Shown here in pieces: positions 36,226-45,243 of a stretch of DNA of 58,157 nucleotides. The DNA is from an uncultured Christensenella sp. (lineage in GTDB: Bacteria > Bacillota > Clostridia > Christensenellales > Aristaeellaceae): contig CAYZRZ010000001.1 in the NCBI GenBank assembly GCA_964480995.1, forward strand, positions 1-58,157. Reading direction: 5' to 3'. Every line of letters starts with the position of its first letter. The stretch's first letter is position 1. A model generated the notes under the pieces. That model saw nothing but the letters and a program-made list of their open reading frames with translations. It did not search any database and was not told the DNA's origin. Made by a program: the position numbers and the translations under genes.

Positions 36226-37475
36226 TGGGTGCTGAGGACAGGAGATCAAAACCCCATTTCGACTTTGTTTTGCTCGGATTGATGTATACGCTTGTCGCTA
36301 TCGGTGTCGTCATGATATCGGTCGCTACCTTTAATCCGGAGCTCAGCGCCGATGTGCCGCTGCTTAACCGCATCATGAACTCCGAGTCAGGAAGGTGGCA
36401 GGCCATCTTCGCCCTGGCATCGCCGGCCGCGGTATGGTTTATTGTATCTGTGCCGTATGAGCATTTCCGCTCCTATGCCCGTTTATATTACTATGCTGTA
36501 TTGTTCCTGCTCGTGATCGTACTGGGCGCGTCATCCATCCGTAACGTGAGCGCCTGGCTTGAAGTCGGACTGGGACGAATGATCCAGCCGGCGGAGTTTG
36601 CCAAGCTTACAATCATTTTGATGCTTGCCCGCGCTATGGCCAACAACCCCAAGCCTATGAATTCTTTCCGGGACGCGTTTCGGATCATGCTGATATTTGC
36701 CGTGCCTGCTGGCATTACGGTGATGCAGGGCGAGATAGGATCCGTTATCGTTATGGCCGCGATATTTTACCTGATGATCTTCTTTGGCGGATCTGATTGG
36801 AAATGGCTTACCTTTATCGCCCTGATCGGGGCTATCATGATCGGAACGGTTATCACTTATGGCCTGATCAGCGGCTCTGAAAACTTCCGCCTGCAGCGTA
36901 TTCTGTCCTTCCTTGATCCGGCCAAATATCCCCGCAGCGGCGGCTACCAGATACTCAATTCCGAACAAGCCATTGGATCAGGCGGCTTGAAGGGAATCGG
37001 CTTGTTTATCCCCGGCTCCTTAAGCCAGCTGAACTTTGTCCCGGAGGATTGGACGGACTTCATTTTTGCAACTGTCGGCGAGGCAGTGGGTTTTATCGGC
37101 TGTTTGCTGATCGTGCTGCTGTATTTTGTTACCCTTTTGCGCATGCTGTACCTGGCGCGCTATACCTTTGATAAGTTTGGGCGGATGATCATTATTGGCG
37201 TGATGAGCATGATGTTCATCCATGTGTTCCAAAATATCGCGATGACTATTGGGCTGATGCCCATCACGGGAATCCCCCTTCCTTTTATCAGTTATGGCGG
37301 TTCCAATCTACTAACCAACATTGCCGGCGTTTCTCTTGTGTTGAATGTTGTTAAAAACCGCTCCAACGCTTTGCCCAGCTACTCCATGCCTGTTATCATC
37401 GCCTCTACGCACAGAAGCAGGGCCGGGAAAAAGAAGATTTATGTCAATAAAACCAGGCAGGCGGAAGAGGCTTAA
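36222..37475 (+). CDS. rodA: FtsW/RodA/SpoVE-family peptidoglycan glycosyltransferase (RodA by context)
   Basis: QPAEFAKL, a polytopic SEDS layout and GIPLPFISYGGS. It overlaps the minD stop. Confidence 0.9.
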   Translation: MMGAEDRRSKPHFDFVLLGLMYTLVAIGVVMISVATFNPELSADVPLLNRIMNSESGRWQAIFALASPAAVWFIVSVPYEHFRSYARLYYYAVLFLLVIVLGASSIRNVSAWLEVGLGRMIQPAEFAKLTIILMLARAMANNPKPMNSFRDAFRIMLIFAVPAGITVMQGEIGSVIVMAAIFYLMIFFGGSDWKWLTFIALIGAIMIGTVITYGLISGSENFRLQRILSFLDPAKYPRSGGYQILNSEQAIGSGGLKGIGLFIPGSLSQLNFVPEDWTDFIFATVGEAVGFIGCLLIVLLYFVTLLRMLYLARYTFDKFGRMIIIGVMSMMFIHVFQNIAMTIGLMPITGIPLPFISYGGSNLLTNIAGVSLVLNVVKNRSNALPSYSMPVIIASTHRSRAGKKKIYVNKTRQAEEA

Positions 37476-37517
37476 CGGCATGTGATTTATTTGGAAGAAT
37501 TAAATGTACGCGCCCCC

Positions 37518-37546
37518 TTGCCATTGCACAGGGTACATAGTATAAT
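37518..37546 (+). promoter_or_regulatory. Putative sigma-A promoter upstream of the zinc-ribbon protein gene
   Basis: TTGCCA at 37518-37523 and TATAAT at 37541-37546 with a 17-nt spacer. Confidence 0.55.
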
Positions 37547-37595
37547 CGCCCATGCTTTAACAAGCGTCTGTTGGATAGAAGCATGAAAAGGGGTT

Positions 37596-38006
37596 ATGCG
37601 CGTGTTGGTTAAATGTCCCAAGTGTGAACTGAACTATATGGAAGATACAGATAAAATGTGCAAGGTTTGCTACCGTGAAATACATGGCAACGAGCCGCTG
37701 GAAGAGCAGGAACTGTGCACGATCTGCAATGAAGCGCCTGTGGTTCCCGGCAAGGTATTCTGTCAGGTCTGCCTTCACGAGATGAATGGTGAAAAAGTCG
37801 CGGCGGTCCATGACGGGATTGACGAGGATGAGCCGCTGATGACGGGTGATGAGACAGTCAGCACGATGGATGAGATAGTTCCCGATCTTAACAATAAGGA
37901 TATTCCTGAGCCGGAATATCAGGAAATCGATAAAAACCTGTCTCTGGAAGAAATGGAAGAACAGGAAGAAAACGATAACTCCGTCGACGATGACGAAGAT
38001 AACTGA
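37596..38006 (+). CDS. Hypothetical double zinc-ribbon protein with poly-acidic C-terminus
   Basis: CPKC...CKVC and CTIC...CQVC pairs are followed by a tail rich in Asp and Glu (EEMEEQEENDNSVDDDEDN). An SD-like AAAAGGGG lies upstream. I recognise no family. Confidence 0.6.
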   Translation: MRVLVKCPKCELNYMEDTDKMCKVCYREIHGNEPLEEQELCTICNEAPVVPGKVFCQVCLHEMNGEKVAAVHDGIDEDEPLMTGDETVSTMDEIVPDLNNKDIPEPEYQEIDKNLSLEEMEEQEENDNSVDDDEDN

Positions 38007-38733
38007 CCGGGCTCGTTTATTCGCGATCGGTGATTTGCACCTTCCCGGCGGTTCCGACAAGCCGATGGATGTGTTCGGAGCGCACTGGGAAGGTCATTTT
38101 GAAAAGATATCAGCGGATTGGCTTGAACGGGTAGGACATACGGACATTGTACTGATTCCGGGGGATATCAGCTGGGCTATGCATCTGTCAGAGGCGCGCG
38201 GGGATCTGGACGCCATTGGCCGGCTTCCCGGCAAAAAGATTCTGATCCGCGGCAATCACGATTACTGGTGGAACTCTATTTCGCGCCTCCGCATGATACT
38301 GCCCGAGGGAATGCATGCCCTGCAAAACGATGCGTTGAGCCTGGATGGTTATGTTTTTTGCGGCTCACGCGGCTGGTCTCAGCCTGACAGCGAAGCAGAC
38401 CTTGAGAACCAGCGGATATACCGGCGTGAATTGACGCGCATGGAGCTTTCCCTGCAAAGAGGCAGAGCCTTGAAACGTGATGGCGAGCCTTTGATCGCGC
38501 TGACCCATTACCCGCCTGTTGATCATTTGGGCAGAACTACACCTATGACAGAGCTTTTTGAGCATTATGGTGCCGGCCACGTATTTTACGGCCATTTGCA
38601 TGGGGCAGCCAATGCCTGCGCGTTCGACGGGACTATAGGCACAGTGCAGTATCACCCTGTATCCTGTGACGGATTGGGTTTCAGGCTCTATGAGCTGGCT
38701 CCGGAGGGTCCGGCTGTGGCAGCCGGTGGTTAA
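37990..38733 (+). CDS. Metallophosphoesterase family protein
   Basis: GDLHL, GDISWA, RGNHDYWW and GHLH are calcineurin-like phosphoesterase motifs. It overlaps the upstream gene by 17 nt. Confidence 0.8.
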   Translation: MTKITDRARLFAIGDLHLPGGSDKPMDVFGAHWEGHFEKISADWLERVGHTDIVLIPGDISWAMHLSEARGDLDAIGRLPGKKILIRGNHDYWWNSISRLRMILPEGMHALQNDALSLDGYVFCGSRGWSQPDSEADLENQRIYRRELTRMELSLQRGRALKRDGEPLIALTHYPPVDHLGRTTPMTELFEHYGAGHVFYGHLHGAANACAFDGTIGTVQYHPVSCDGLGFRLYELAPEGPAVAAGG

Positions 38734-38766
38734 ATGAGGAGATAAACTTAACGTTTAGTTGCAAAA

Positions 38767-38789
38767 GGACGCGCAGCGCGTTCTTTTTT
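38767..38789 (+). terminator. Rho-independent terminator
   Basis: GGACGCG (38767-38773) pairs with CGCGTTC (38777-38783) across a 3-nt loop, followed by TTTTTT. Confidence 0.75.
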
Positions 38790-39096
38790 ATTGCCATTGT
38801 ACAGATTGATCCCTGTTTGTGGATCTTCCGCCATGTCCTTGCGGTCTATGTTTGACGTTTCAAAACCCAAAATAATCCAGCACAAATTCTGCCAAAATTA
38901 AAATCAGCAAAAAGCACAAAATTACATAAAAAACTCAGTTAATATGACTGATAGTGGTTGGCAGGACGTTGGACTAAAGAATCCGCGTTCCTATTATTCA
39001 GAAATGAAGCGAACGCATTTTCTTATTATTCGTTCCATATCAATAGAAGAGCCCTCTGAGACAGCCCCAAAGCCATGAAAAACAAGGGAACTGCGT

Positions 39097-39126
39097 TTGA
39101 CTGGACTATTTTATAAGTGGTAGATT
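39097..39126 (+). promoter_or_regulatory. Putative sigma-A promoter of the dcw (mraZ) operon
   Basis: TTGACT at 39097-39102 and TAGATT at 39121-39126 with an 18-nt spacer. TG at 39118-39119 gives an extended -10. Confidence 0.5.
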
Positions 39127-39160
39127 GTGTCTGCAAGAGGCAATAAGTGGCGATTGGTGG
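39113..39160 (+). repeat. Imperfect direct repeat ATAAGTGG-n-GATTG(G)TG x2 (candidate MraZ operator)
   Basis: ATAAGTGGTAGATTGTG (39113-39129) and ATAAGTGGCGATTGGTG (39143-39159) start 30 bp apart. They overlap the -10 and the 5' UTR of mraZ. Confidence 0.5.
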
Positions 39161-39167
39161 TGATTGA

Positions 39168-39713
39168 ATGTCTGATGATATCAGCAAGACGGGAGAGGAC
39201 TCCCCCCAGGATTCAGCATTCAACTCCTCCAGACCAAGGAGAATTAAAGGTTTTTTCGGTGCCTATAACCACAGCGTGGATGCAAAAGGGCGTATGATTG
39301 TCCCGCAGAACTTCCGGGAACGCCTGGGAGAGGATATTGTCATTGGCTTGAACATGGCCCAAAACAGTATTGCTATCTACCCTTACGAGGTATGGGAAAA
39401 GAAAGTGGATATTCTGACCGAGCTGAGAGATCAGGACGCCAGGGCGGAAGAATTTTTGGACAGGTTTTCACGGTTTTCATTTGACAGCGTCAGTTTCGAT
39501 TCACAGGGGCGGGTATTGCTGCCGGCGGCGCTTCGTGACATGTATCTCAAAGACGCGGCCGGTGTACAGGTGTCGGGCGCAAATGATTATGTCAAGGTAG
39601 TCTCCAGCCAGCAGGCGGCGGATGAGACCCGGCGCTTCCATGATGAGCATCCCGATGTACTGAGTGAGATCAGTAGAATCCAGGGAAGCCTTCGAGGTAA
39701 GCAGGGAAGCTGA
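39168..39713 (+). CDS. mraZ: Transcriptional regulator MraZ (with N-terminal acidic/Ser-rich extension)
   Basis: FFGAYNHSVDAKGRMIVPQNFRERLG and a second SpoVT/AbrB-like repeat, SFDSQGRVLLPAALRD. The canonical MraZ start motif is preceded by about 28 extra residues. Confidence 0.88.
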   Translation: MSDDISKTGEDSPQDSAFNSSRPRRIKGFFGAYNHSVDAKGRMIVPQNFRERLGEDIVIGLNMAQNSIAIYPYEVWEKKVDILTELRDQDARAEEFLDRFSRFSFDSVSFDSQGRVLLPAALRDMYLKDAAGVQVSGANDYVKVVSSQQAADETRRFHDEHPDVLSEISRIQGSLRGKQGS

Positions 39714-39735
39714 ATATCCATGAAAGGGAGCAGAT

Positions 39736-40245
39736 ATGTCACAGTATGCGCAGCCGATAAAGTCTAATCATTATGTACTTGCCGGGAATCAGATGCATCC
39801 CTTTGAACGGATTGTGGTATCCAACCGTGTTGATGTTCCGGACCTCCCCGCGCAGGAGGAGGATGTCCGGGTGGTTTTTAAAGCCGGCGAAACTCAGGAA
39901 AGAAGACGCTTTGGCCTAACGTTGCCCTGGGCAGCCTTGATGATTGCGCTTGCAATTGCTATAATGGGCATGATCACTCTGACTACGGCGCGTCAAGGAA
40001 GCGCCCTCAGAGATGAGATTGCTCAGATCCAAAACAAGTACACGGCCTTTGAACAGGAACGTCTTGCGCTGGATGAGCGGCTTAGCGCGGCCAGGGACAG
40101 CAACTTCATCTGCTATTATGCTTCCCAGAATCTTGGGATGAAGCTTGCGCTCAATGAGGAGACAATTCGTGTATCGGCACCCAGTATGAGGCCTTTTAGC
40201 TCCGGCTTGACTGCGGACACAGGGATTGCTTCCGGGCGGCGCTAA
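39736..40245 (+). CDS. ftsL: Cell division protein FtsL-like (single TM plus coiled coil)
   Basis: The TM helix WAALMIALAIAIMGMITL, the coiled coil LRDEIAQIQNKYTAFEQERLALDERL and the ASQNLGM motif. It lies in the dcw cluster. Confidence 0.7.
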   Translation: MSQYAQPIKSNHYVLAGNQMHPFERIVVSNRVDVPDLPAQEEDVRVVFKAGETQERRRFGLTLPWAALMIALAIAIMGMITLTTARQGSALRDEIAQIQNKYTAFEQERLALDERLSAARDSNFICYYASQNLGMKLALNEETIRVSAPSMRPFSSGLTADTGIASGRR

Positions 40246-40363
40246 TACTGACAAATCTATTTATAGAATATTATTGCATAGGCCGGCTGTTTCAACGGCG
40301 TTTGTTTTGATATTATAAATCGAATTGCCGGCATGAGAGATCTTTCTTTGAAAGGCATGTAGA

Positions 40364-41824
40364 ATGAAATTATCGCATTTGGCGAAAGAGGCTGCGCCGT
40401 ATTTACTTGAACAGCGCGGCGACTGCGAGATCAGTTCGCTGTCACAGGATAGCCGCCTTAAAACAGAGGACGGCCTGTTTTTTTGTATTTCAGGCGCCCG
40501 TTCGGATTCCCATGATTTTGCCAAGCAGGCTGTTGAAAACGGTGCGGCGGCCCTGGTTGTAACCCGTTTTCTGGAGAAGGTCGATGTGCCGCAGGTGCTT
40601 GTCAGCAATGATCGGGCAGCTATGGCGCTGATATCCTCCGCGTTCTACGGGCATCCGGGTAAAAGGATGAAATTGATTGGCATCACGGGGACGAAAGGAA
40701 AGACCACAACAAGCTATTTTATCAAGGCGATCCTCGAGGAAGCAGGATGGGTTTGCGGCTTGATCGGCACCACGGGCAATATGATCGGCAGCAGGTGGAT
40801 GAAGAGCGGCCTGACCACGCCGGACCCCATTGATCTTAACAGAACGCTTCGCGAGATGTCAGACGAGGGCGTGCAGGCTGTTTGCATGGAGGTTTCCGCT
40901 CACGCGATCAACATGAACCGTCTGGAAGGCCTGCAGTTTGAGGCGGGATGCTACCTGAACCTGTCACAGGACCATCTTGACTATTTTGGCAATATGGATC
41001 ATTACTTTGAGACTAAGAAATCCTTTCTGACAAGCGGAATGGTAAAAAATGCCGCCGTCAATGTGGATGATGACCGGGCAGCTGATGTGATCAAGGATCT
41101 TGCTATCCCTTACAGTACCTTTGGAATCTGTACCAATGCGGACATTTTCGCGCGTGATATCGAGATCAGCGAAAAGGGTGTATCCTTTCAATTGGCCTTA
41201 TGGAATGAGCATCTTTATCCTGTTCATTTGAAGATGATGGGCATGTTTAACGTATACAATGCCCTCGCGGCCTGCGGTCTGGCGCTGATCATGGGGGTTG
41301 AGCCTCAAGTCATCTGCCGCGCGCTGGAAGGGGTGAAGAGTGTTCCGGGCCGTGCGGAAGTACTTGATACGCATACGCCTTACATGGTTATTCTTGACTA
41401 TTCTCACTCACCTGACGCGCTCGAAAATATCCTGAAGACAGCGAAGGGTTTCGCGCGTGGGCGCGTGATCGTACTGTTCGGCTGCGGCGGCGACAGGGAT
41501 TATTTGAAACGGCCGCAGATGGGAACCATCGCAGGCCGCCTGGCTGATTACTCAATTCTGACGAGCGATAACCCGCGCAGCGAAGAGCCGATGGCGATTA
41601 TCCGGAGCATCGAAGAGGGTATCAGGAAAACACAGGGATCCTATGAGATCATGGAGGATCGCAGGGCAGCCATATCCAAAGCCCTTGACATGGCGCAGGA
41701 TGGTGATGTGGTCATTCTGGCCGGCAAGGGGCATGAAACCTACCAGGAAATCAGCGGCGTCAAGCGCCCCTTTGATGAAAAGCAGATCGTTCGGGAATTG
41801 CTTTCGGGGAGGGAATGTAAATGA
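40364..41824 (+). CDS. murE: UDP-N-acetylmuramoyl-L-alanyl-D-glutamate--2,6-diaminopimelate ligase
   Basis: GITGTKGKTTT P-loop, the Mur ligase fold, and the DNPR motif (LTSDNPRSEEP) associated with meso-DAP specificity. Confidence 0.95.
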   Translation: MKLSHLAKEAAPYLLEQRGDCEISSLSQDSRLKTEDGLFFCISGARSDSHDFAKQAVENGAAALVVTRFLEKVDVPQVLVSNDRAAMALISSAFYGHPGKRMKLIGITGTKGKTTTSYFIKAILEEAGWVCGLIGTTGNMIGSRWMKSGLTTPDPIDLNRTLREMSDEGVQAVCMEVSAHAINMNRLEGLQFEAGCYLNLSQDHLDYFGNMDHYFETKKSFLTSGMVKNAAVNVDDDRAADVIKDLAIPYSTFGICTNADIFARDIEISEKGVSFQLALWNEHLYPVHLKMMGMFNVYNALAACGLALIMGVEPQVICRALEGVKSVPGRAEVLDTHTPYMVILDYSHSPDALENILKTAKGFARGRVIVLFGCGGDRDYLKRPQMGTIAGRLADYSILTSDNPRSEEPMAIIRSIEEGIRKTQGSYEIMEDRRAAISKALDMAQDGDVVILAGKGHETYQEISGVKRPFDEKQIVRELLSGRECK

Positions 41825-42804
41825 CACTGTCAATCGGTGCCATGCTGGTTGCCTTTTCCGTTTCAGCGCTGGGCATGCCCTGGCTGATTAAAAGCCTGAA
41901 AGCGCGCCAATTTGGTCAAACCATCTATGAACTCGGACCGCAAGCACACCTGGGAAAAAAGGGGACGCCGAACATGGGCGGTTTGCTGATCGCGACCGCA
42001 TGCGTTCTGTCTGCGCTGATGTTCGCTTTGACGCAAGGGTCTGCCTGGAACTTGCTGCCCATGCTTCTGGCTGCGCTTGGCGCGATGGCCATCGGGGTCA
42101 GGGATGATTATATTAAAAATATCCGCCACAACCATGAAGGTCTGAAGCCCCGGCAAAAGATTATCGGACAGGTGATCGTCGGACTGCTGTTTTCTGTTTA
42201 CTGCTATTTCAGGATCGGCAGCAGCGTGTACCTGCCCTTTACAAGCCGTGTATGGGACCTGGGCATCTTCTATATCCCCCTGATGACCGTACTGTTTATT
42301 TTTATGACAAACAGCGCCAATCTGCAGGACGGGGTTGACGGGATATTGTCGTCCGTATCGGTGGTGGGCGGGATTGCCTTGGGATTGATTGCCGCTTTTT
42401 TGAACGCTTCCGCGGAAGGACCTGCCGCTTCGCTGATCAGCTTTTCTCTTGTTGGTGCCTGCCTTGGCTTTTTGATCTATAACCGCTATCCGGCCAGGAT
42501 CATGATGGGGGATACAGGCTCCATGTTTATCGGAGGTCTGTTTTGCGCGGCGGCTATGGCACTGGGGCTTCAGTTTTGGCTGATCCCTATCTGCTTTACT
42601 ATGATCATGTCATCCCTCTCGGTGATCATGCAGCGGGCTTATTTCAAGATGACGCACGGAAAACGTATTTTTAAGATGTCGCCTATTCATCATCACTTTG
42701 AACTGTCAGGCATGAAAGAAAACCAGATCGTCATCATGTACGCGCTGGTGGCGCTTGGTTTGAGCGCTGTGGCTGTTCTGGCCGCGCTGCCTTTGATGAG
42801 GTAA
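41821..42804 (+). CDS. mraY: Phospho-N-acetylmuramoyl-pentapeptide transferase
   Basis: GTPNMGG, NLQDGVDG, MGDTGSMFIGG and PIHHHFE motifs. Confidence 0.95.
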   Translation: MTLSIGAMLVAFSVSALGMPWLIKSLKARQFGQTIYELGPQAHLGKKGTPNMGGLLIATACVLSALMFALTQGSAWNLLPMLLAALGAMAIGVRDDYIKNIRHNHEGLKPRQKIIGQVIVGLLFSVYCYFRIGSSVYLPFTSRVWDLGIFYIPLMTVLFIFMTNSANLQDGVDGILSSVSVVGGIALGLIAAFLNASAEGPAASLISFSLVGACLGFLIYNRYPARIMMGDTGSMFIGGLFCAAAMALGLQFWLIPICFTMIMSSLSVIMQRAYFKMTHGKRIFKMSPIHHHFELSGMKENQIVIMYALVALGLSAVAVLAALPLMR

Positions 42805-42806
42805 AA

Positions 42807-44210
42807 ATGGATACATTGGAAGGCCTTGATTGGGCTGGGAAGCGGGTGCTGGTCATCGGGCTCGCAAGAAGCGGTTTGGCAGCGGCTGAGCTGCTGCTGC
42901 AGGCCGGCGCTGTGCCGGTTCTATATGACGCGAAGCCGCTTGACGAACTGCCCGCAAAAGAGCATATCCTTCGCCTGATCCGATCCGGGTGTGAGCGGGG
43001 CATGGGGCTTGATCCCTTTGCCCTGCTTTTGAATTGCCATATACTGATGATCAGCCCGGCGGTTCCGGTGGAGGCACCGCTTGTGCTGATGGCAAAAGAA
43101 CATCATCTGCCGGTGATCGGGGAACTTGAGCTCGGTTACCTGTTTGCCAGAGGCCCCATCTATGCTGTAACGGGTACCAACGGCAAAACGACGACCGTAT
43201 CCCTGCTGGGCGAGATGTTCAGGCTTTCCGGCCGCCGGGCCGGGGTGTGCGGCAATATCGGATACCCGATTACCTCTGCGGTCCGGGAGATAGAACCCGG
43301 GGATCCTTTGGTGGCAGAGGTCTCCAGCTTTCAGCTGGAAACGGTCCATGCCTTTCACCCGCGTGTCGCGGCTGTTACGAACATTACCCCCGATCACTTG
43401 GACCGTCACGGCAGCATGGAACGCTACACTGCCCTGAAACGCGGTATTTTTTTAAGGCAGGAAGAGGAGGATTTCGCCGTTCTCAATGCCGATGATGAAG
43501 CGGTACGGGCCATGGCGGATGGACTTCGCAGCCGGGTGATTTGGTTTTCCCTGCGCAAGGAGGTTGACCGCGGGTGTTTTACCAAGGACGGACAAGTTAT
43601 CCTGCGTTTGGATGACAAGGAGCTGTTTGTATGCAAGACATCGGACATCAGACTGCCCGGAGAACATAATCTGCAAAACGCGCTCGCGGCAATTTCTCTG
43701 GCTGCTCTCGCCGGGATTCCCATCGATGCCGTCAGGAGAGCGCTTTTAGAGTTCGGCGGTGTGGAACACCGCATAGAATTTGTCAGGACGCTGCGCGGCA
43801 TCACGTATATCAATGACAGCAAGGGAACGAATCCCGAGTCTACGATCAAGGCTGTGGAGGCGATGATACGTCCCAGCGTGCTGCTTGCGGGCGGATATGA
43901 TAAGAAGGTGAGTTTCGCCGGTCTTGCGGAGGTTATCGCCCGAAGCCCGATGATTGAATCTGCCGTATTATATGGGCAGACCGCCCCGCAGCTGGCAAAC
44001 GCGCTTCATCAGGCCGGGTTTATGAATACCTTCACCGCGGATACATTGTTTGCAGCTGTTGATCTTGCCCGGTCGATCGCCGGATTTGATGAGGGAAATA
44101 TATTGCTGTCGCCTGCCTGCGCCTCCTTCGATCAGTTTCGGGATTATGAACAGCGAGGCGTTCAGTTTAAAGACTATGTTCTTTCGCTGAGTGATGAACG
44201 TGATGACTGA
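42807..44210 (+). CDS. murD: UDP-N-acetylmuramoylalanine--D-glutamate ligase
   Basis: VTGTNGKTTT P-loop, NITPDHLDRHG and DSKGTNP. Confidence 0.95.
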   Translation: MDTLEGLDWAGKRVLVIGLARSGLAAAELLLQAGAVPVLYDAKPLDELPAKEHILRLIRSGCERGMGLDPFALLLNCHILMISPAVPVEAPLVLMAKEHHLPVIGELELGYLFARGPIYAVTGTNGKTTTVSLLGEMFRLSGRRAGVCGNIGYPITSAVREIEPGDPLVAEVSSFQLETVHAFHPRVAAVTNITPDHLDRHGSMERYTALKRGIFLRQEEEDFAVLNADDEAVRAMADGLRSRVIWFSLRKEVDRGCFTKDGQVILRLDDKELFVCKTSDIRLPGEHNLQNALAAISLAALAGIPIDAVRRALLEFGGVEHRIEFVRTLRGITYINDSKGTNPESTIKAVEAMIRPSVLLAGGYDKKVSFAGLAEVIARSPMIESAVLYGQTAPQLANALHQAGFMNTFTADTLFAAVDLARSIAGFDEGNILLSPACASFDQFRDYEQRGVQFKDYVLSLSDERDD

Positions 44211-45075
44211 CCCCGGATTTGAGTATTACCCGCCACCGGAATTGCCGGACAGGCAAAGGGATCAGCGTCCAGGCGCTGTTCAGCCCCGGCTTCAGCTGGA
44301 CGGACAGAATCTAGATCCGCAGCAGCAAAGTGATCAGCCTCCGATGACACCGGGAAGAAGAATGCTGATCATCAGCTGTGTGCTGCTGATGGCTGTCAGC
44401 GTTGCTTTTATCCTGCGGGCAACCGTGTTCAGCATCCGCTATGTGCGCGTGATCGGCATCCATAACCTGACCTGGGAGCAAGTGGCTTCTTCTGCCGGGA
44501 TTACTCAATCAAGCAATTATTTCAGCCTTCGGGAAGATAAGATCAGAGACGGTATCAACGCCAACCGTTTTCTGGTGTATGAGCGCATGCAAAAAGTATT
44601 TCCCAACTCCGTGGTTCTGTATGTGAGGGAAAGACAACCCATTGCCAGTATCAATTATATAGGGGTTTCCTATATCATGGCTGATGACGGCATCATTCTG
44701 TCTCGCGCTCAGCAGCCGGAGGGCAGCAGCCCTCTGATGCGGATTTCAGGTCTTGCTTTGCGCGATATTCGTGAAGGCAAGCTTCCATTGAGCACCAAGG
44801 AAGGGCAGATCGAAAGCTGTATTGCCCTGGCCCAGGAAATTTATATGCAGAGCTTCAGCGGGGAGATACTGGATATCAATCTGTCGGAGCCTACCCGCAT
44901 CTACCTGACCACCAGGGATGGGTATTCCATCCATTTGGGGGACATCAGCAGCCTGAAGGCAAAGATCGGCACAGTGCGCGCCGTATTGCCTGAGCTGCGG
45001 CGATTAGGCCGAGTAGGCGGAACCATTGAGGCAACGGTATGGGGAGAAGCGACCCATCGGCCGGATTCTCTCTAA
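44194..45075 (+). CDS. ftsQ: Cell division protein FtsQ/DivIB (POTRA domain)
   Basis: A TM helix followed by POTRA (IRYVRVIGIHNLTWEQV...VLYVRERQPIA). Four in-frame starts lie at 44191-44203, so the start is uncertain by up to 12 nt. Confidence 0.8.
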   Translation: MNVMTDPGFEYYPPPELPDRQRDQRPGAVQPRLQLDGQNLDPQQQSDQPPMTPGRRMLIISCVLLMAVSVAFILRATVFSIRYVRVIGIHNLTWEQVASSAGITQSSNYFSLREDKIRDGINANRFLVYERMQKVFPNSVVLYVRERQPIASINYIGVSYIMADDGIILSRAQQPEGSSPLMRISGLALRDIREGKLPLSTKEGQIESCIALAQEIYMQSFSGEILDINLSEPTRIYLTTRDGYSIHLGDISSLKAKIGTVRAVLPELRRLGRVGGTIEATVWGEATHRPDSL

Positions 45076-45243
45076 GAACAGGCCTTTATCGCGGAGAATA
45101 AGTTGTTTTTATGATTAAGCTCTTGCCATTGTATCACAAAACAGTTACAATAAGGCATCCAAATGACTTCCGGGGTTCGGTGTGTTTTTTTGCTTGGCGG
45201 CAAGTCATACGGCAAAAGCCAGAGAAATGGGGATGAACGTTTG

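Noticed and set aside
39026-39223. 65-aa minus-strand ORF in the mraZ upstream region, and an SD-like AAGGAGA (39236-39242) inside mraZ as a possible internal start giving a canonical-length MraZ.
   Set aside because: The minus-strand ORF overlaps the mraZ promoter and start, has no SD and its sequence is not protein-like. After the internal AAGGAGA the next in-frame codons are ATT-AAA-GGT, with no canonical start at a usable spacing.
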